Shown: positions 1 through 14,400, counted from the first letter of the stretch. The stretch: 64,000 bases of DNA from Balanoglossus misakiensis (GCA_040954595.2 CM082584.2:12809166-12873165); one strand, 5' to 3'. Numbers and translations are program-made. Notes: a model not told the origin generated them from the sequence alone.

Positions 1-98
1 AAGTCATTATTCATACATGAAAGATGATGCCTCCGCTCTTCACAGAAAGAACCCAGTGTTTGGAAACAAGACCTCCAAGTCTCATAACACCTACTCAC

Positions 99-3000
99 TC
101 GGTGAAATCTCAAAATACCCGGCTGGGCCAGGGCTGATTGAAATGATGGAAGGCCGGGATCTGCATTCCGGGAATTCATGTAGAAGGCTGAGCATGGAAT
201 GTACACTTGCTCTTTAGGGGGAGGTGAGATGGAGCGGTTGTTTTGATGTGTGTCTACACGTGTTGATACACAGATAACGATTACATACATGTAGTGTTTA
301 TGCACCGATGACTATAAAATAATTGGCATATTTCCTCATCTCTGGTGTTTTGGGTGATGAAGCTAATCTCAGATCTCACTGATACCTTATGTTGATATCA
401 AAATATGTTGAAGCCTTGTGGGATTAAAATAGGTATACTTGTCTCACGTAATTACTAATGACTGCGATAACTTTTCTATTTGTCAAATCTCCCAGTAACC
501 CTTGCACACTTTGATCAATTCAGCAACACAACAAAAAGTCTGCATGCTAAGAAACAGCAAATCCTTCCATACACTCACTCACTCACTCACTCGTCGGTAA
601 TACACCCAATTGGGAGAGGGAAAGGATTTTCCACAGACCATGCACATATAAATTGACAACTTTCTGCTCAAACACCAGGCCAAAGGCCAGCTATTTTCTA
701 CATCCATGAATCAAATAACAAGTTCATACGAAGAGTTCAAGTCCAGCCAGCATGTTTGACAAATGCACACACAACTCTCTTGCATCGCACACAACCTTAA
801 ATTTATCATGCTGTTGATTTGTTGGAGAGGCCTGGAAAGTCAATAATTCCATTGCCATTCAGAGAATGGCTCTGTAACTGTGCTGGTACTATTTACTGTT
901 TGTACAAGCAGTTACTCACTCCACTTCAATTTTTTTCATTTTCAAATTCCTTCGTGTGTGTTAGTAGGTTAAGTGGTGTCCTTCACAGACATTTTAATGA
1001 ACTACAAACATTTTTCTGATTAAGTTCATCACCCATGGCAACCACTTTATGTGCAAATACCAGGATTGGCAAGCAAAATGCTGAATAGAGTATACAGAAC
1101 ATCACAGGTTATATTTTGCATCTTAAAATCCAAATTGAACACTTTCAGGCCCCAAATCACATTTCAGCTTGTTCTATTTCATACACATGTACTGTAGGTG
1201 ACATCGAGCATTCAAAACCACTGGTTTATTTTATCACCAGTCTGAAGGCTACACCACCAAAGTTCAAAGGTCAGACATGAACGAAAGTTATTTTGAGGAA
1301 TGACAAGAGAAGTTTCAGAACAGCTGAATGGTATATATTCAATTTCACATGAGGACAAGGCAGTTTACACTTCTTGCACATGTTTGTAATTTCTTCAGTG
1401 AGTGTTGATATTTCCAAATTCCAACTGGTGCTTTCCTGCCCTTTGGCTCTCCAATCAACACATTATACACACACACACACTCATAGATCATTTGCCTGTT
1501 TGTATCTTGTGTAGTTTCCCTCATCTTCAATGCTACACAGGTGTATGAATGAACACATACATATATACAAAGATTAAACAAAAATGCCAACGTGACTACC
1601 CCTATCCGTGTCGGCATAGTGGAAGAGAAAGATTGTCTGTCATAGTATTTACACCAGTATGTACTATGCCCTGGTTCACTGCACACACATGATGACAACC
1701 TACCTTGAAAACACGAAGCCATCGTCTACTAGTTCTAGTACACAGCTGTCCAAACCTGGAATCCTTTAAATATCTCCCCATCTCACCAAAAGCAAATGTG
1801 CTTAATCTGAACTCAACACTCTGAAAGCAACGCTATATATACTTCACCAAGAGTTTCATACGCAATCGACAATATTTGACAAGTGTCCACACAATTCTAG
1901 GAAATACTGACATTGCACTGATCTTAAAGAATGTGTGTCGAATTCCCACTGCGTTCATTTCGCATACCCGCTGAGGTGAATTCCCATTTACGAAGAATTA
2001 TTGAAGTATTACCGCCATCTGTGTTTGTGTAAACAAAAGAAAGTGACCATGAGGGAGAATAACTGATTTTCCGTGAAGACTTAACCACTTCCTGCAAGCA
2101 GTTCATCTGGCAAAGAAACATGTGACTCCTACGTATCCAAACAATACACTTCTATTGTAGATGGTCTTACACATACACATGTGATATTTCTAAGCTGTGT
2201 AGGTGCCTTGGGGGTTTACCATTTATATTATATATAACTATTAGTGCATTCGCACCTGACATCTTGTAGTAGGTCTTAGACGAGCGTTTCCCTTACATGG
2301 CAAAAAATCTTTGGTTGAAAGTATGACTGTGATTTCAACCAATAGTCATATGTATACATCTACAGGTAAGTGGACACCAGGGTTTTCATTCTATTTCTCT
2401 GTTCTACTGTCTTAACATGCAAAATTACTTCAGTTTGCATTACCTGCATATGTTTAACAACCATTGCACAAAACGCCCAGATAGAGGCTAGTATTTTTAA
2501 CATGCTTTTATTAAAAGTTAACACTACAAATAGTTTCCATCAAAACAGTCTGTGGCAATTATGGGGTCAAAGAACCCAACTGATATCGACTATATATATT
2601 GACAAGAAGTTGCTTATATCCAACTGCCAGATCAGAGAAAGGTCAGTCCCAAATGGCAATTGACAGTGACACTGAAGTTCCCACCCATGGCTGGCTGCTT
2701 CTTGCCACTAGGTGGCGCTCCTTTCAAAAGGAAATCAACAAGCAAGGTCATTTCTGAGACACCAATCAACACACACAGGTCTGCATGTTACACGTTCAGT
2801 TTTAAGAAAGAGATGGTCAATTTTCTTGGTAAATCCTTCATCAGTAAATGGCAAATTTTCCCTAGCCAGACTCATTTTGTAACAGAGACATTCTGGATTG
2901 GCATTAATGGAAGCTGTATCAAATTAATGAGTGGGAGAAAATTCCAATATGCCAAGAGAGAGGCTGTCTGAAATTACAAACTTCAAAACTGGGACACAAG

Positions 3001-6000
3001 GATGGGAAAGTTTCTATGCTGCTGGGAAACAGATCTATATGTAGCTGAAATGCAACAGAACTAACAAACCACTGCAGCAGACAGTTTTCTCAATGCTCTC
3101 ACCATAGAATCAGCAAACTGTGTTGAAAAGTGATGTGAAATTACAATATGATTGCCTCTTGGAAAATATAAAAACACTTCTAATGTACTCTCAAAAATGT
3201 CATTTGAATCTGTGAGACCAGACACTCCTCCAAGTGGTGAAACCCAGTAACAAGTTTCGATAAGTTTTTAAATATCAGAGAACAGTCTGGAGGTGGTGGG
3301 TAGGATCAGCTACATTGTAGCAAAGCAAACAACACACAACGAAATCAAGTCATGTAGGTATCACTGGAAATCTGACTTAATAATTTATGATAGGGGAGTA
3401 ACCAGCCAAACAAGTCAGAATAATTGTTATTCTTGTGTTTTGAAAGTATGACAATAGGATTGTTATACATTTTGGTTTGCCACATTGTCTTTCAATTGTC
3501 TCTGCTTCCAACAGAGTGGTTGTTTCTGCCCCCTGAGGCTATTCACACAAATGTCATTGTTCTTTCGGAGCTGCTGAACTTTGGAATGTGAAAAATGTTG
3601 TAAGCAATTACTTGGCATCAGTAAATAACAATTAATACATGGGGGAGCCTTACTGATAGGAGAATTAAAGTATTTCTCACAGTCTCAGTGCCTCTTACAC
3701 ATTGTAAAATGTGACACCAGAAAGCAGAACAGATTAAAATTCTGTTGTCTGTGTGTGTGTTCCCCACAGCAGTTTCTTATTGATTGAAAATCCAAGCAGT
3801 CGATAAGAGTTAAAGTTAAGCCTAACCACAGATTGATCGGTTTACAATGTACATGATGTACTGCGTGTGTCTATGTGCTTTTGGATGCAAAGCATGCAAT
3901 GTCTCTGTCACAATACATAGAGTGCTCACCAACTGCAGGCAGACATGCAAGGATAGGTGAAACTGGTTATATAACATGTGAATACCTAAAGTAACTTTTC
4001 ATCAGAGACTGTTAGACCACCCATTTTTTCCCTGATCTTATTATGCTATCTTTCCACATGCAGCTTTACAAAACATCATCACACACGTCTTTTGCAAGTA
4101 ATAAAATAAATTCAGCAACCTAGCTGCCTTAAAAAGATTTCAGAGTTCAATGGGAGTGTGTTGTTCAGATCAACCTCACCCATTGTCCCAATACAAAGCA
4201 AATTGATGTAAATGCAGACAGACAGAAAAATCAGGCACGTAGCAACAACACTTCCAGTCAACATAATTTGCAGCATAAAGATCATTTTTAGCGTCATGAT
4301 AGTTGTCATATTCTCATCATTAGTAAATTTATCCATATGTACATTTTCAGGAATATTGTCTCAAAGATGCTTAACAAACCTGTAACGTCAAAGAAAGGGT
4401 ACTTTTGGGACATTAAACATCTCTAATGCACACTATTTGCTAGGATACAAACCTGCAAAGTGCTATCATACTGCTGTATTGCATTACGATCATAAACATT
4501 TGATGTCAAAGTGTACACCACGATGCCGACTTGGAGGGAAAAATAGTATTACTCACATGGACACTGTTGTCTGTAGAATGCGACATTCCTGTATGGAGTT
4601 CTGATCGAGCTGAAGCCTTATTCTCGGCTCTGTTAAATGTATAGGTGACCTTTGACCCCTTCACCTTGCAACCCTGTTTGTTGGTGAGGCCCCATCATTG
4701 ACAACAGTCGCAGTTGTCCCATATATAGCAGGTGTACATTGGAGGAGTAGTAATATGCAGTGACGTTTCAATAAGGCCATGTCAAATTTTGACAGCAGGA
4801 GGTTCTGATATGTGTGTCATTCTATCAAGGTATATATGGCAAGAAATAAGGGCTCTTCCACAGAATTCATCATTATTGATGATTTATGACCAACTACACC
4901 ACACAGATGTAGTGGGGATCGCCAGACTTAACTCAACATTATCTCAACACAACGCAGGTCATTGCCTTCCTAATGCAATTTATGGGTGCTATACAATTAA
5001 TCCTTTTATGAATAATTTAAGATATATGGACTCTACCATCCACTAGTACCACCACAACCCCAACTCTGTCTCATACCCTGCCCCAACTAGGACATACCAC
5101 AAACCTGGGATTATTCTAAATATTTGGATTTGTTTGGTATATGTGTGCCAACGATGACAGGGGTTGTAAATTCAAAACTGGATATGTAGGTCATCCTCAT
5201 TCCTCAATACACTGCCAAAATAATAACTGAAGTGAAATAAACAATTTTGACACTCTAATGTCAGTTTCGGTCATAACTGAAATGATTTTCTATTAGAACT
5301 CCTCAGCTCAACAGCTTTAAATTCTCCCTTGTATCACATCAGGGTGGGAGGTAGAGCTATTTATGGCCAGAAGTAAATGAGAACATTCAGTTCTTTTCTT
5401 CAGTGTGTCTTTTATCAGCATGATTTGAGGAGAATAGGTTTTCTGAACAAAGGGTTACAGTGCTTTAATATGTTATTACTGTTTTCAATGTCCATGTGGG
5501 ACGAGGTCATAACAATACAGGTCCATCAACATGGAGTGATAAAATGTAACCATTTGCTCCAATGCATTACATCCATATAAGCTCATTCGGTCACTTCACA
5601 ATTCGTCCCACTTAAAAAAATAACACTACTTGTTGACATATGAACACACCAAACAAAAGACCAAGCAACTAGATATAAATAGCATAGTCTGTCTTTAATC
5701 GACCATCTAAGAAATTCAATCAAACCGTCCGTCGTCCGTCTCTCTCTCTCTCCCTCTGTCTGTCTGTCTCTCTGTCTGTCTCAGTGTGTGTGTGTGTGTG
5801 TGTGTCTCTCTCTCTCTCTCCCCCCCATATAATTAACTATATATAGCTGCCTTTCCCAGCAACACTGAAATAAGTGTCCCTCTGGTTGAGAACAAGCGCG
5901 AGTGAACCCGATCAAGGTGCCAGACGGTCAGAAACCACACTCCCCCGTGGGGGTTTTCATGACTAAATGCTGTAGGGTTTACAGAATCTGCAACAGTGCC

Positions 6001-6295
6001 AGGTCTGTATTTCACGGCATTCCTTACAGCTGTCATAACTTTTCAATGGTTTCGGCTTGTCTACCAAACCTTATCGGTTTCACCCGTGTTGGCCTCCAGT
6101 GTCTTTTAAATTCATACCAAACATGACTGGTGTATGGTGGATGTACATTGCAGTGTATAGTGTACAGTTTTTTTAAGTTGTAAGACTTACCGGTGGAGAA
6201 AGGATGGTGGGACTTGTTGATCTTTCTTCAACCCGAGATGTCTTTCGATGTTTCTTACTGCCCCCGGAAAAAAGCTTCCTCCCGACGGATGACAT
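99..6295 (-). CDS. 5' coding exons of an unidentified gene continuing beyond the left edge (candidate alternative first exons)
   Basis: 6295-6191: AAAATG start, MSSVGRKLFSGGSKKHRKTSRVEERSTSPTILSPP, donor CCG|GTAAGT (phase 0), in a CpG-rich region. 1722-1704: MASCFQ+G, donor AAG|GTAGGT (phase 1), joins in frame to 253-99 (DTHQNNRSISPPPKEQVYIPCSAFYMNSRNADPGLPSFQSALAQPGILRFHR, donor CGA|GTGAGT, phase 0). Weaker phase-0 candidates: 4586-4557 and 2359-2297. No recognisable domain. Confidence 0.45.
2705..2719 (+). promoter_or_regulatory. CTCF-like binding motif
   Basis: CCACTAGGTGGCGCT closely matches the CTCF core consensus; sequence match only. Confidence 0.5.
5731..5826. repeat. compound microsatellite (TC)n/(TCTG)n/(TG)n
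   Basis: Directly visible di- and tetranucleotide runs. Confidence 0.9.
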
Positions 6296-6920
6296 TTTAT
6301 CTGACCTGTCTCTCACCAAGTTGCAACCACAACATTCGCGTTAACCATCGGAATCTGGTTAGTATAGTACAAGGAGGACCGGTCAACTATAAGCAGACTG
6401 TAACACACAACGTTCTTCGAGATCCACCAGCCAGACGCCCTTTTCTCCGTTTACAGTTTGCGCAACATTTTGGGATAAAAAACAATATTTGCGGAATATG
6501 GCAAGTTATCCTACAAAGAATGGGTGTTCACCAGGAAGGAGAACTCAAAATTTAAACGGGAAACTCCTCAGCATAAGTAATTGAATTGTTGTACACACCA
6601 AAGCAGAAGTCTTCACTTAGCACGACGGCCATCGCATCTATTCTTATGCAAATTACCAATCACTGTACACAAAAAGGGTGTCGGTCGTGTTGAGTATCAT
6701 GTGATCAATGTGTGAAATGCGCTAAGTAGCTTTCCATAGAGGACGCCCTCGCGCAACAACTCAACCGAAATTCCCTTCTCTTGCTGCCCTTTTCCCATTA
6801 ATTATGTTTGATACAAAACACCATTGATGTTTGGCTACTTTAGATTATTCATTTATTGCCGAAAATAATTCTTCATTTAGGGGGAGGGGGTCTTTTCAAA
6901 ATTGCCTTGAAATTAAGACT

Positions 6921-7005
6921 TTCAAAATGGCCGCCAAATTTGAGGTTCAAAATGGCCGCCTATATCTGTGCTTAGTCTATGGCATTCAAAATGGCCGCCA
7001 AATTT
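6921..7005. repeat. three direct copies of TTCAAAATGGCCGCC (YY1-like motif, possible repeat-element remnant)
   Basis: Copies start at about 6921, 6946 and 6985; two extend to ...GCCAAATTT. Confidence 0.75.
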
Positions 7006-7090
7006 AGTGACTTTGACAATCTCTATGGTAAACATTATGGAGAAATTTTACTCATAGTTTAACCACACATACTAGTACCTTCCATCCCAC

Positions 7091-7183
7091 TTGTAGACAC
7101 GAGAGTGAAAAACTCGCCAAAATGAATATTCGGTGTTTACCATTTATTCATTTTGGCAAGATTTTTACTCTCATATCCTACAA
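7091..7183. repeat. imperfect inverted repeat / hairpin
   Basis: GAGAGTGAAAAACTCGCCAAAATGAATA pairs with TATTCATTTTGGCAAGATTTTTACTCTC; flanking TTGTAG/CTACAA also pair. Confidence 0.75.
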
Positions 7184-8465
7184 ACGTGATGGTTTAATGT
7201 TGATTCACTATATACACATTTTCAACCCTTTTTGCTCTGTTTTTCTCTTTAAATTTGTTTCACTTCAATCTACTTTCGTTTAATATAATGTGTATAGCAA
7301 TCGTGGGTTAGCTTCGTTTAGATCATTTTGAAGAACTTTTCATGAATTGCGATGTGTATGTATTCAGTTTTTTGCGATAAAAGCACAAAAAATGATCCAC
7401 CGGTCGATCCACAGATTTCCAAAATGGCGGCACGATCGCATTCATTGTGTTCGGAGACCACAAACTTTTTGACCCTTTTTTCACGCTCTCTTTGTGTTCA
7501 CTCAGGGTTGCCATTTTTATTATTCGGATAATAAGATGTCGCACGATTCGGTAATAAACTCTAATTCTTCCAAAACCAAAAGATTTCAAAGCATATTACG
7601 TTCACATTTTGGTACCACTTTGGCAGTATGTAGCACTTGATTTTCAACCAAAGAGCGCCCCCTCGTGTTGGTTTATGATGATCTCAGCTGAACCTGTGGC
7701 TATAATGCGCCTTCAAATTAAAGTGTATCAGTAAGTGTATCACCAAATTATTTGTTCTCTTCTGGATGACTGACTGTTGTGGCAGTAAACTTGGAACTCT
7801 TTAATGGGTAGCAGAGCCCTACACACGTTCGTGTACGGCCACCCTTGCATTGATTATGGCTTTATCTGAAAATTTGCATAAACACATTAAAGCCTGTGAT
7901 TTGGTAGCCATTAAGTCTGGATTGGTGTGTTTATGCGTTTTCATCGAATCCGCGTTATATAGGGGGCTAGGTTTATGACCTGGCGACAAACGGTTGCACC
8001 GCGTCCTAGTTCGTCTGTAACCATGATAACAGAAGAATTTACTATCCCTTCTCTGCCATACTTATATTTTCAGTTCGACTGTTTTAACATCAGACAGTGG
8101 CAAACAACTTCGCCAGTGTGATTTATTCAAATAAATAAAAGGGGAAAAACCTCAGGTGTGTATATGACCACCAACATTGCGGTTTAGTGTGTGTACTGAC
8201 TGTCTCCTGACATGCTGACCTTCTTCGATGAATATGTATGAGTCACATTATTATCGTTAACGTATGTCCCTGAATAATTACATTGCCCAATCCCTGCCAC
8301 AATACGTATGTACATCCTGGGCCTGCCCTGAACAGGTAGACTGTGTCTCGCCCATCGCACACACACCCACGGCGCTCAATTGACTGTCCCCGACCACAAC
8401 GAAAACATCACCCCTTCGTCTCCCTCCGCTGTAGCTATCTTCATCGTCTCGACGCGTCGGTAACC

Positions 8466-11400
8466 ATGGCATCCCGTCCAACAGGCTATGGAATGACGGC
8501 TGAGTTGAAAGCTAAGGTACAGTTCTGTTCTAACGGGTTTTATCAGTAGATGGGGGTATGGCTAGTCAAATGGACCAGTGCTGTACTATCGGTGACAGCT
8601 TGCTTGCATGCTCTCACTATCATTCACTCTGTGAGGTCGACAGATGGGCGTTGTCTTCGTCTAACTCCCCGAGGTCAATTAACTATTAAGAGTATTTTTT
8701 TCGATGAGTTTTGTCTTTTATATGTGAAGATTTTAATGTACCAAGCCTCGGTAACCTATGCATGCATATAGTTAACGTTAACTACAAGACTCTTTTCAAA
8801 TTACCTATAGGCGAGTAGCATTGTTCGAAAATAGTTTTACTCTATAGGTAGCTTTGCTGTAAACTCCGTACAATGACGTCACCAGGTACAGCGATAACTA
8901 ATCTTTTCAAGGAGATGTTTTGCATATAGGAATTTGAGAGATGTTTATGCACAGTAATCGTTATAATATATACCAAGTTGGCCAAATACTTTTCACCATT
9001 CACGGGGAAATCTTTTTAACATAAGAAAAAATGATGCTTTTAGGACATATATCACACATGGAAACGCCTAGTTACTTTTCAGCGAAAGTCTAAATACGTT
9101 TGACCTCCATGATCTGACCTCGAAGTACAAAAGTGGTGTCACGGTCGGTCATATGTCCCTGGAAAAAAACAGAATAGAGTACATTGGTTGCATACACCTT
9201 TTATGGAGAAACTCGCGACTGTCCCAGCTCTTGTACACAATGCGATTTCTAAAGAAAGGTCTACGAATCCGTGACAAGAATTTCTCATTCAAACGCTACT
9301 GTAGAAGTTACTAAAGACCATCTTGCTTCGCCATGATTAATGCAACAAATTTCAGTGTTATCTCACAGACTCCTTATTGTGCTTACATAATACATGTACA
9401 CTCAAAACAGCGAGTATTCACCCTCTGTTGTCACGGAACATAAATTAAAACAAGATAGAAAAGGCCAAAGGGCTAAATGTTCAAAAGCCGACAGGCGATT
9501 CGTTGGATGTCACGCTTTGTAAATCCGGGAATTGTGTGCGTGTTTTCAGAGATTAACTCTCAATTCGTGAAAGTGAAGTCTTAAGTGCAATATTATGACA
9601 GTGATATTGTGAATAAGTTGGAAAAGAATGACAATCTTCAAAAAGCGGACTCCTTCCTTGTAGCCCACTCAAGGGAGCAGTACTAGTTCCGTCAAAAATT
9701 TAGATTCAGGAAAGTTATGACGCTTCGAGCTGTGGATCCGCATCATACAACGAAGCTCCAAGACAACACATACCCACTACGACCGACCACTAGACGGACA
9801 CGGGTGCCAGAATATACAAATATACAACTAGTTATCAAACCGAAAAGCGCGATTTGATGAAACACAGAGAATGCGCAAGTAAGACATTGTCCGGAAAAAA
9901 ACAAGGTCGCCAGCCACATCCTGTTTTACAAGTATATGCTTTTGCTGAAGTAGGCCGACGTAATAGACACCCGTGCACCTTTAGGAGAACTAGTCGCCAT
10001 GGAGACAGGAATGAAGTCATTATCATTCATGTCGCACACCCTTGTCCCCACCTCACCCACGTAATATTTCGTGGCGTGTTTTTGAATGAAAAGGGCAATA
10101 ATTCCGTCATTTCCGATGAGATTAAATAATTGCCAGGTTCAATGAATGTGTGTTGGCCTATGTCTGCGGAACCGCTTAATTTCCCGCCGTCCGGTAGACC
10201 TAAAATGTGTACGTTCAGATCATTTTGTCGAGAGAGCGCATCCTTTGCTCTTTGGAGTAACTAGTTTGAACGGATATAGCCTAAAGCAACAGCCTAAGTG
10301 AGACAATTTCTCAACTCTAGAAATGAGTGTACATTCTTTAAACTATGATAAATAATGTACGGTATGCGCAAGGCCCTTTCTATAAATAAATGATTCCCGT
10401 TCTTCTATATATGAACAATTTTCTGTGGGTATATATATCATAATTATATGTCCAATCCGGCGATGTTTGGGACATACAGCGCCCTCTAAGTACATAATTG
10501 GTGACGTCAAGCCTTTCAACTGATATAAAAAGTTAAGTCTTGCTAGACTATCGGAACTTGTGCACGGGACGTTGGCCAGATTATCGATCAAAACAAATAT
10601 AGTGGTATTATACCACGATTGCCTTTAATTAACTGTTTAAATTCAGTACCTCTCTGTTGAGGTGAAGGCGCGTGACATTCAGTCAAACATGGCAAACAGG
10701 GGACGTAGTTTTGGTTTATCAGCCGAGCTCAAAGCAAAGGTGAGTGCACTGATCAAATATTGTCTGTAGCAGACGGCACAATTAAGTGACAGACACTGTA
10801 ATTTGATATCGACAGTCTTTTGTTTAAACAATTGAGCATCCAAAGAATTAAAGAGAAAGTGAGATAGATCTAGCGGAAAGTGAGATAGATCTAGTGCCAA
10901 AATATGAATTTATTCTGAGAAAATATTTGATATTGACATTTGCCACTTGCATGTACAGTCATGTATGTTACACCATGTACATAGTCACTATGTTTGGTTT
11001 TCGTGAACGTATGTAACAGTTTGGTATGAAGCAAAGTGTTAACTGGTTCGTGATTAAACAATAAAGCAACAGAAATATCCACGGTTTCAGGTTTGAGTGA
11101 ACTTCAATCACAATATCGTCAGTGTTTTCAGCCACGCGTATCGGGTTACCAAACTACCCCCATAAATAGCTGCATTGTTGCAGTCCGGTTTGGCCCTCAA
11201 ACGGATATGGCTTTATGGCATGTGCGTGGGGGTGTGACGCCCTGAGAGTTGAAAAGAATGTTCCAGAACTACCTGTTGATCCCCACGCATAACTCTCCTT
11301 TTGGAGTTGTGAAGTTGGCAAATTCTGGGGTGTCGCACCCCTTGTTATTGCATTGGTGTCCCGTAAGTTCTGACACAAACTTGTTGACCCTAAGCATTTT

Positions 11401-14400
11401 CTTTAATACTCAAAAAGGATTTCTCCTTGCTACAACAATACCCTCTTGATGACTGGCAATGCCATATTTGGTCATTTGATCTCTCACCTTGACAGTCTGG
11501 GCCATTCACCTGATAAACCTAGAAAAGTTGGGAGTGTCCCGACAAATGTCATATCAAAAATGTCTATGATCAGATGTTTTCCCGATGACGTATGTTTTTT
11601 TGTCAGTTTATGTGGTTGTTTACAGCAAAAAGTGGACAGTTCAATTATTTGGGTGTGGAAGCACTTTGATGGGATTAATCACATCCGTAATTTCAAAGTA
11701 CACATATGTATGACATAGTAATTGAAATTAAATATTCATACTGGTATTTTGTTACCAAACAGTGACATGTACGTTTAACCAAGGAGTAATGGCATTAAAC
11801 TATACAGCATATGTTGGCATTCGTATTATAAATGAGATGGGTTTGCCTCCATTCACAAACTCAAAAAGTTTAACTGTCAATATTAGCCTGTTCAAAAGTA
11901 TATGTGCTATTTATTTTAGTTAAACTGTTGTTATTAAATTGTATAGTTTGACCTTAGTCCTATACCGAGTATAGTGAGATAGGCATCGGAAGGGGTTTAA
12001 ATCATGAATGGTTGGTGTCATCTCTTATCTGTTATTAGGGATGAATCTATTAAGTGTAGTGGTATTGTAGGCTAGGTAATTGTGAGTGGAAGCTGAAAAA
12101 GCGGTTAGGGCTGCATTTTTTCACATCCCAGACTATTGTGCCACTGTTCGCTTCCAGACATTCTTCAAATATTTGTCACATTAGCCATAGGAAATCAATG
12201 AATATGAATGGAAGTAGCTAGCACTACCTGTAGGTTTCAGAATAGCCTTGTTCAAGATGGTGAATGAAATGTAACATACGTGCATTTCATGTAAACTGCA
12301 GTAAAGATGGAATTGAATTGTAGCAACCACAGTACATACAATGACCCCATTGCCCTAGGTCACTTCAAACACTTAGTTTCTGTAGAAATTCAAATATGTT
12401 GTTTATTTTTTTTAGCAGTGTTATATTTGGACTGGCTGGTGCCATGCTTACCTGGAAATGTGATGGTGGTTTGTGCAGTATTAATTGACAATGCACTTTT
12501 AAGAGTTCACAGGGAAATTAGTAACGTCAGATTTCGATGTGAGAGGCAGCCTCTTTTTAAAAGGTGTATTTCAGACATTTATTTGAAATAGGTCCAACTG
12601 CTATAAACTTCAAGGGGTTGACCTTTGCTAGTGAATAGAGCTTCTGCTTGGATGTCTTTGAATATTTGTTAAGTTGGCCTTACATGTACCTGGTATTAAA
12701 GGGCTAGTTGATTGTGTGTGTCAATGGCTAATTTTGTATGTGCCTAACAGTGCATTCTTGTGGTGAATACAACAGGCCAGTAGAATCACAGATTTCATTT
12801 CAATAGCAGCAATTACGGCCTTTGTTCAATAAAAGCTGGAAAATTACAAAAGAGATGAGCTTGAAATTGGACGGTCTTTCAGGTCAAAGGTCATCACCTT
12901 GCGTTTATACAATGAAAGACAGTTGTGGAAGGTCCCTTGATACTACTTTTTAAGATGTGATACAAAATTCATGTTTTTATGTTTCTTTTTTATTTCCAGC
13001 AAAGATCAAAATATGACATAGAACGAGAACGGGAAGCCCGTCAGTGGATTGAAGCAGTTACAAAAAATGCGCTGTCAGATCAAGATTTAGGAGAAGATCA
13101 CTTTCACAAATCACTTAAAGATGGTATTGAACTTTGTCGGTAAGTATCAGAGTCTCTTGGTAAAGTTTATCATAAAGAATTTTACATCTGCCCACTCTGC
13201 AATGTCAAACACTGTCTTGCTGTACTTGACTGAATTCTACCCGCAACTTTGGACTTGGTGTTTGTTTAAAATGAACACTTGAAAAGCTCGGGTGTTTGAG
13301 TTGAAGTATACACACATACTGTCAGTATTTACATGAATGCATATCAGGACATTCCTTTTTAATCTTAATTGAGAGCAGGATCTGATTACTCAAATGTATC
13401 CAAACACAATGGTTGACAGACTGCGATAATTTTCTCCCATAACATTCATGTCATTTTCTAAATGTAAGTTCTACTTCCTCCTAAATGTTATATTTTATAT
13501 CATTAATAATTGCTATAATGTCAGTATAAGTTCCTTTGTATTGCTGTAACTGATTGGGTGTACATTAACAATAAAAATACCATGATTTGTGTATAAGAAT
13601 ATCATCATGACCTAGATATTTTGTAAATATTTAAATGTTTTGTATTTCATATGGTCCTTGTGCATTTTGACTTGTTGCCCATACAGTAGAATCTGCAAGT
13701 ATAGTGTCTATGCTCTGACTTGTTCCCTAGTTTGTTTTGTCTCCTATCAGACATACCATAGCTGGAGCAACCAATCATAATATCATTCCCGAGTGGCATC
13801 TGACCTAAATAGCTTCAAGCAGCTCTCAGGAAGAATTATGTCCCCCCCAAAAGGCACACTTTTGTCTGTGGTGTTGAGAAAATACAATCCACCAATTGTG
13901 TTCTGTGATCACATTGGCGTAAGACTCTGAATGAATTGCCACAAGACATAATAAATGAGGCTGTGGTTTTGCAGTAGTGTTTGGTTTCAATGGACAGTTC
14001 ACAGAGAGTGTCTGCAGTGTGAAGATAGCGATGCCTGCCAATCACATCGTTTAAACTCTATCTACTTCCCTTGTGAAATTACTTACAACCATTTTCACTT
14101 CGACAAACACCTTCATTTGCAGTTTGCGCCTGATTTAGATTTCGAGGATAGTGGTAAATCCATCAAACAAATTCAAATATATTCTGTATCACTGTATGAT
14201 AAATAAAATCAAAAAATTGTACTAATTTCCCTGTCTTTTGAGAATACATGTTGTGGTTATATATAGCTGCAACCGACCCTGCTTCCTGTTTTATAGCAAA
14301 CACCATCTATAATGTCACTTCCCCTTTTCCTGTGTGTGCAACTTGTGGTTTTAAATCCTCATCAGAATGCAAGTAGGAAATCTGAAAATGGTTTAACCTG

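Noticed and set aside
8343-8465. In-frame non-AUG N-terminal extension of myophilin exon 1a
   Set aside because: The ATG at 8466 has a strong context (ACCATGG) and matches the family N-terminus; nothing supports upstream initiation.
10855-10893. 20-nt tandem duplication GAAAGTGAGATAGATCTAG
   Set aside because: Two copies only; an ordinary slippage duplication, not an array.
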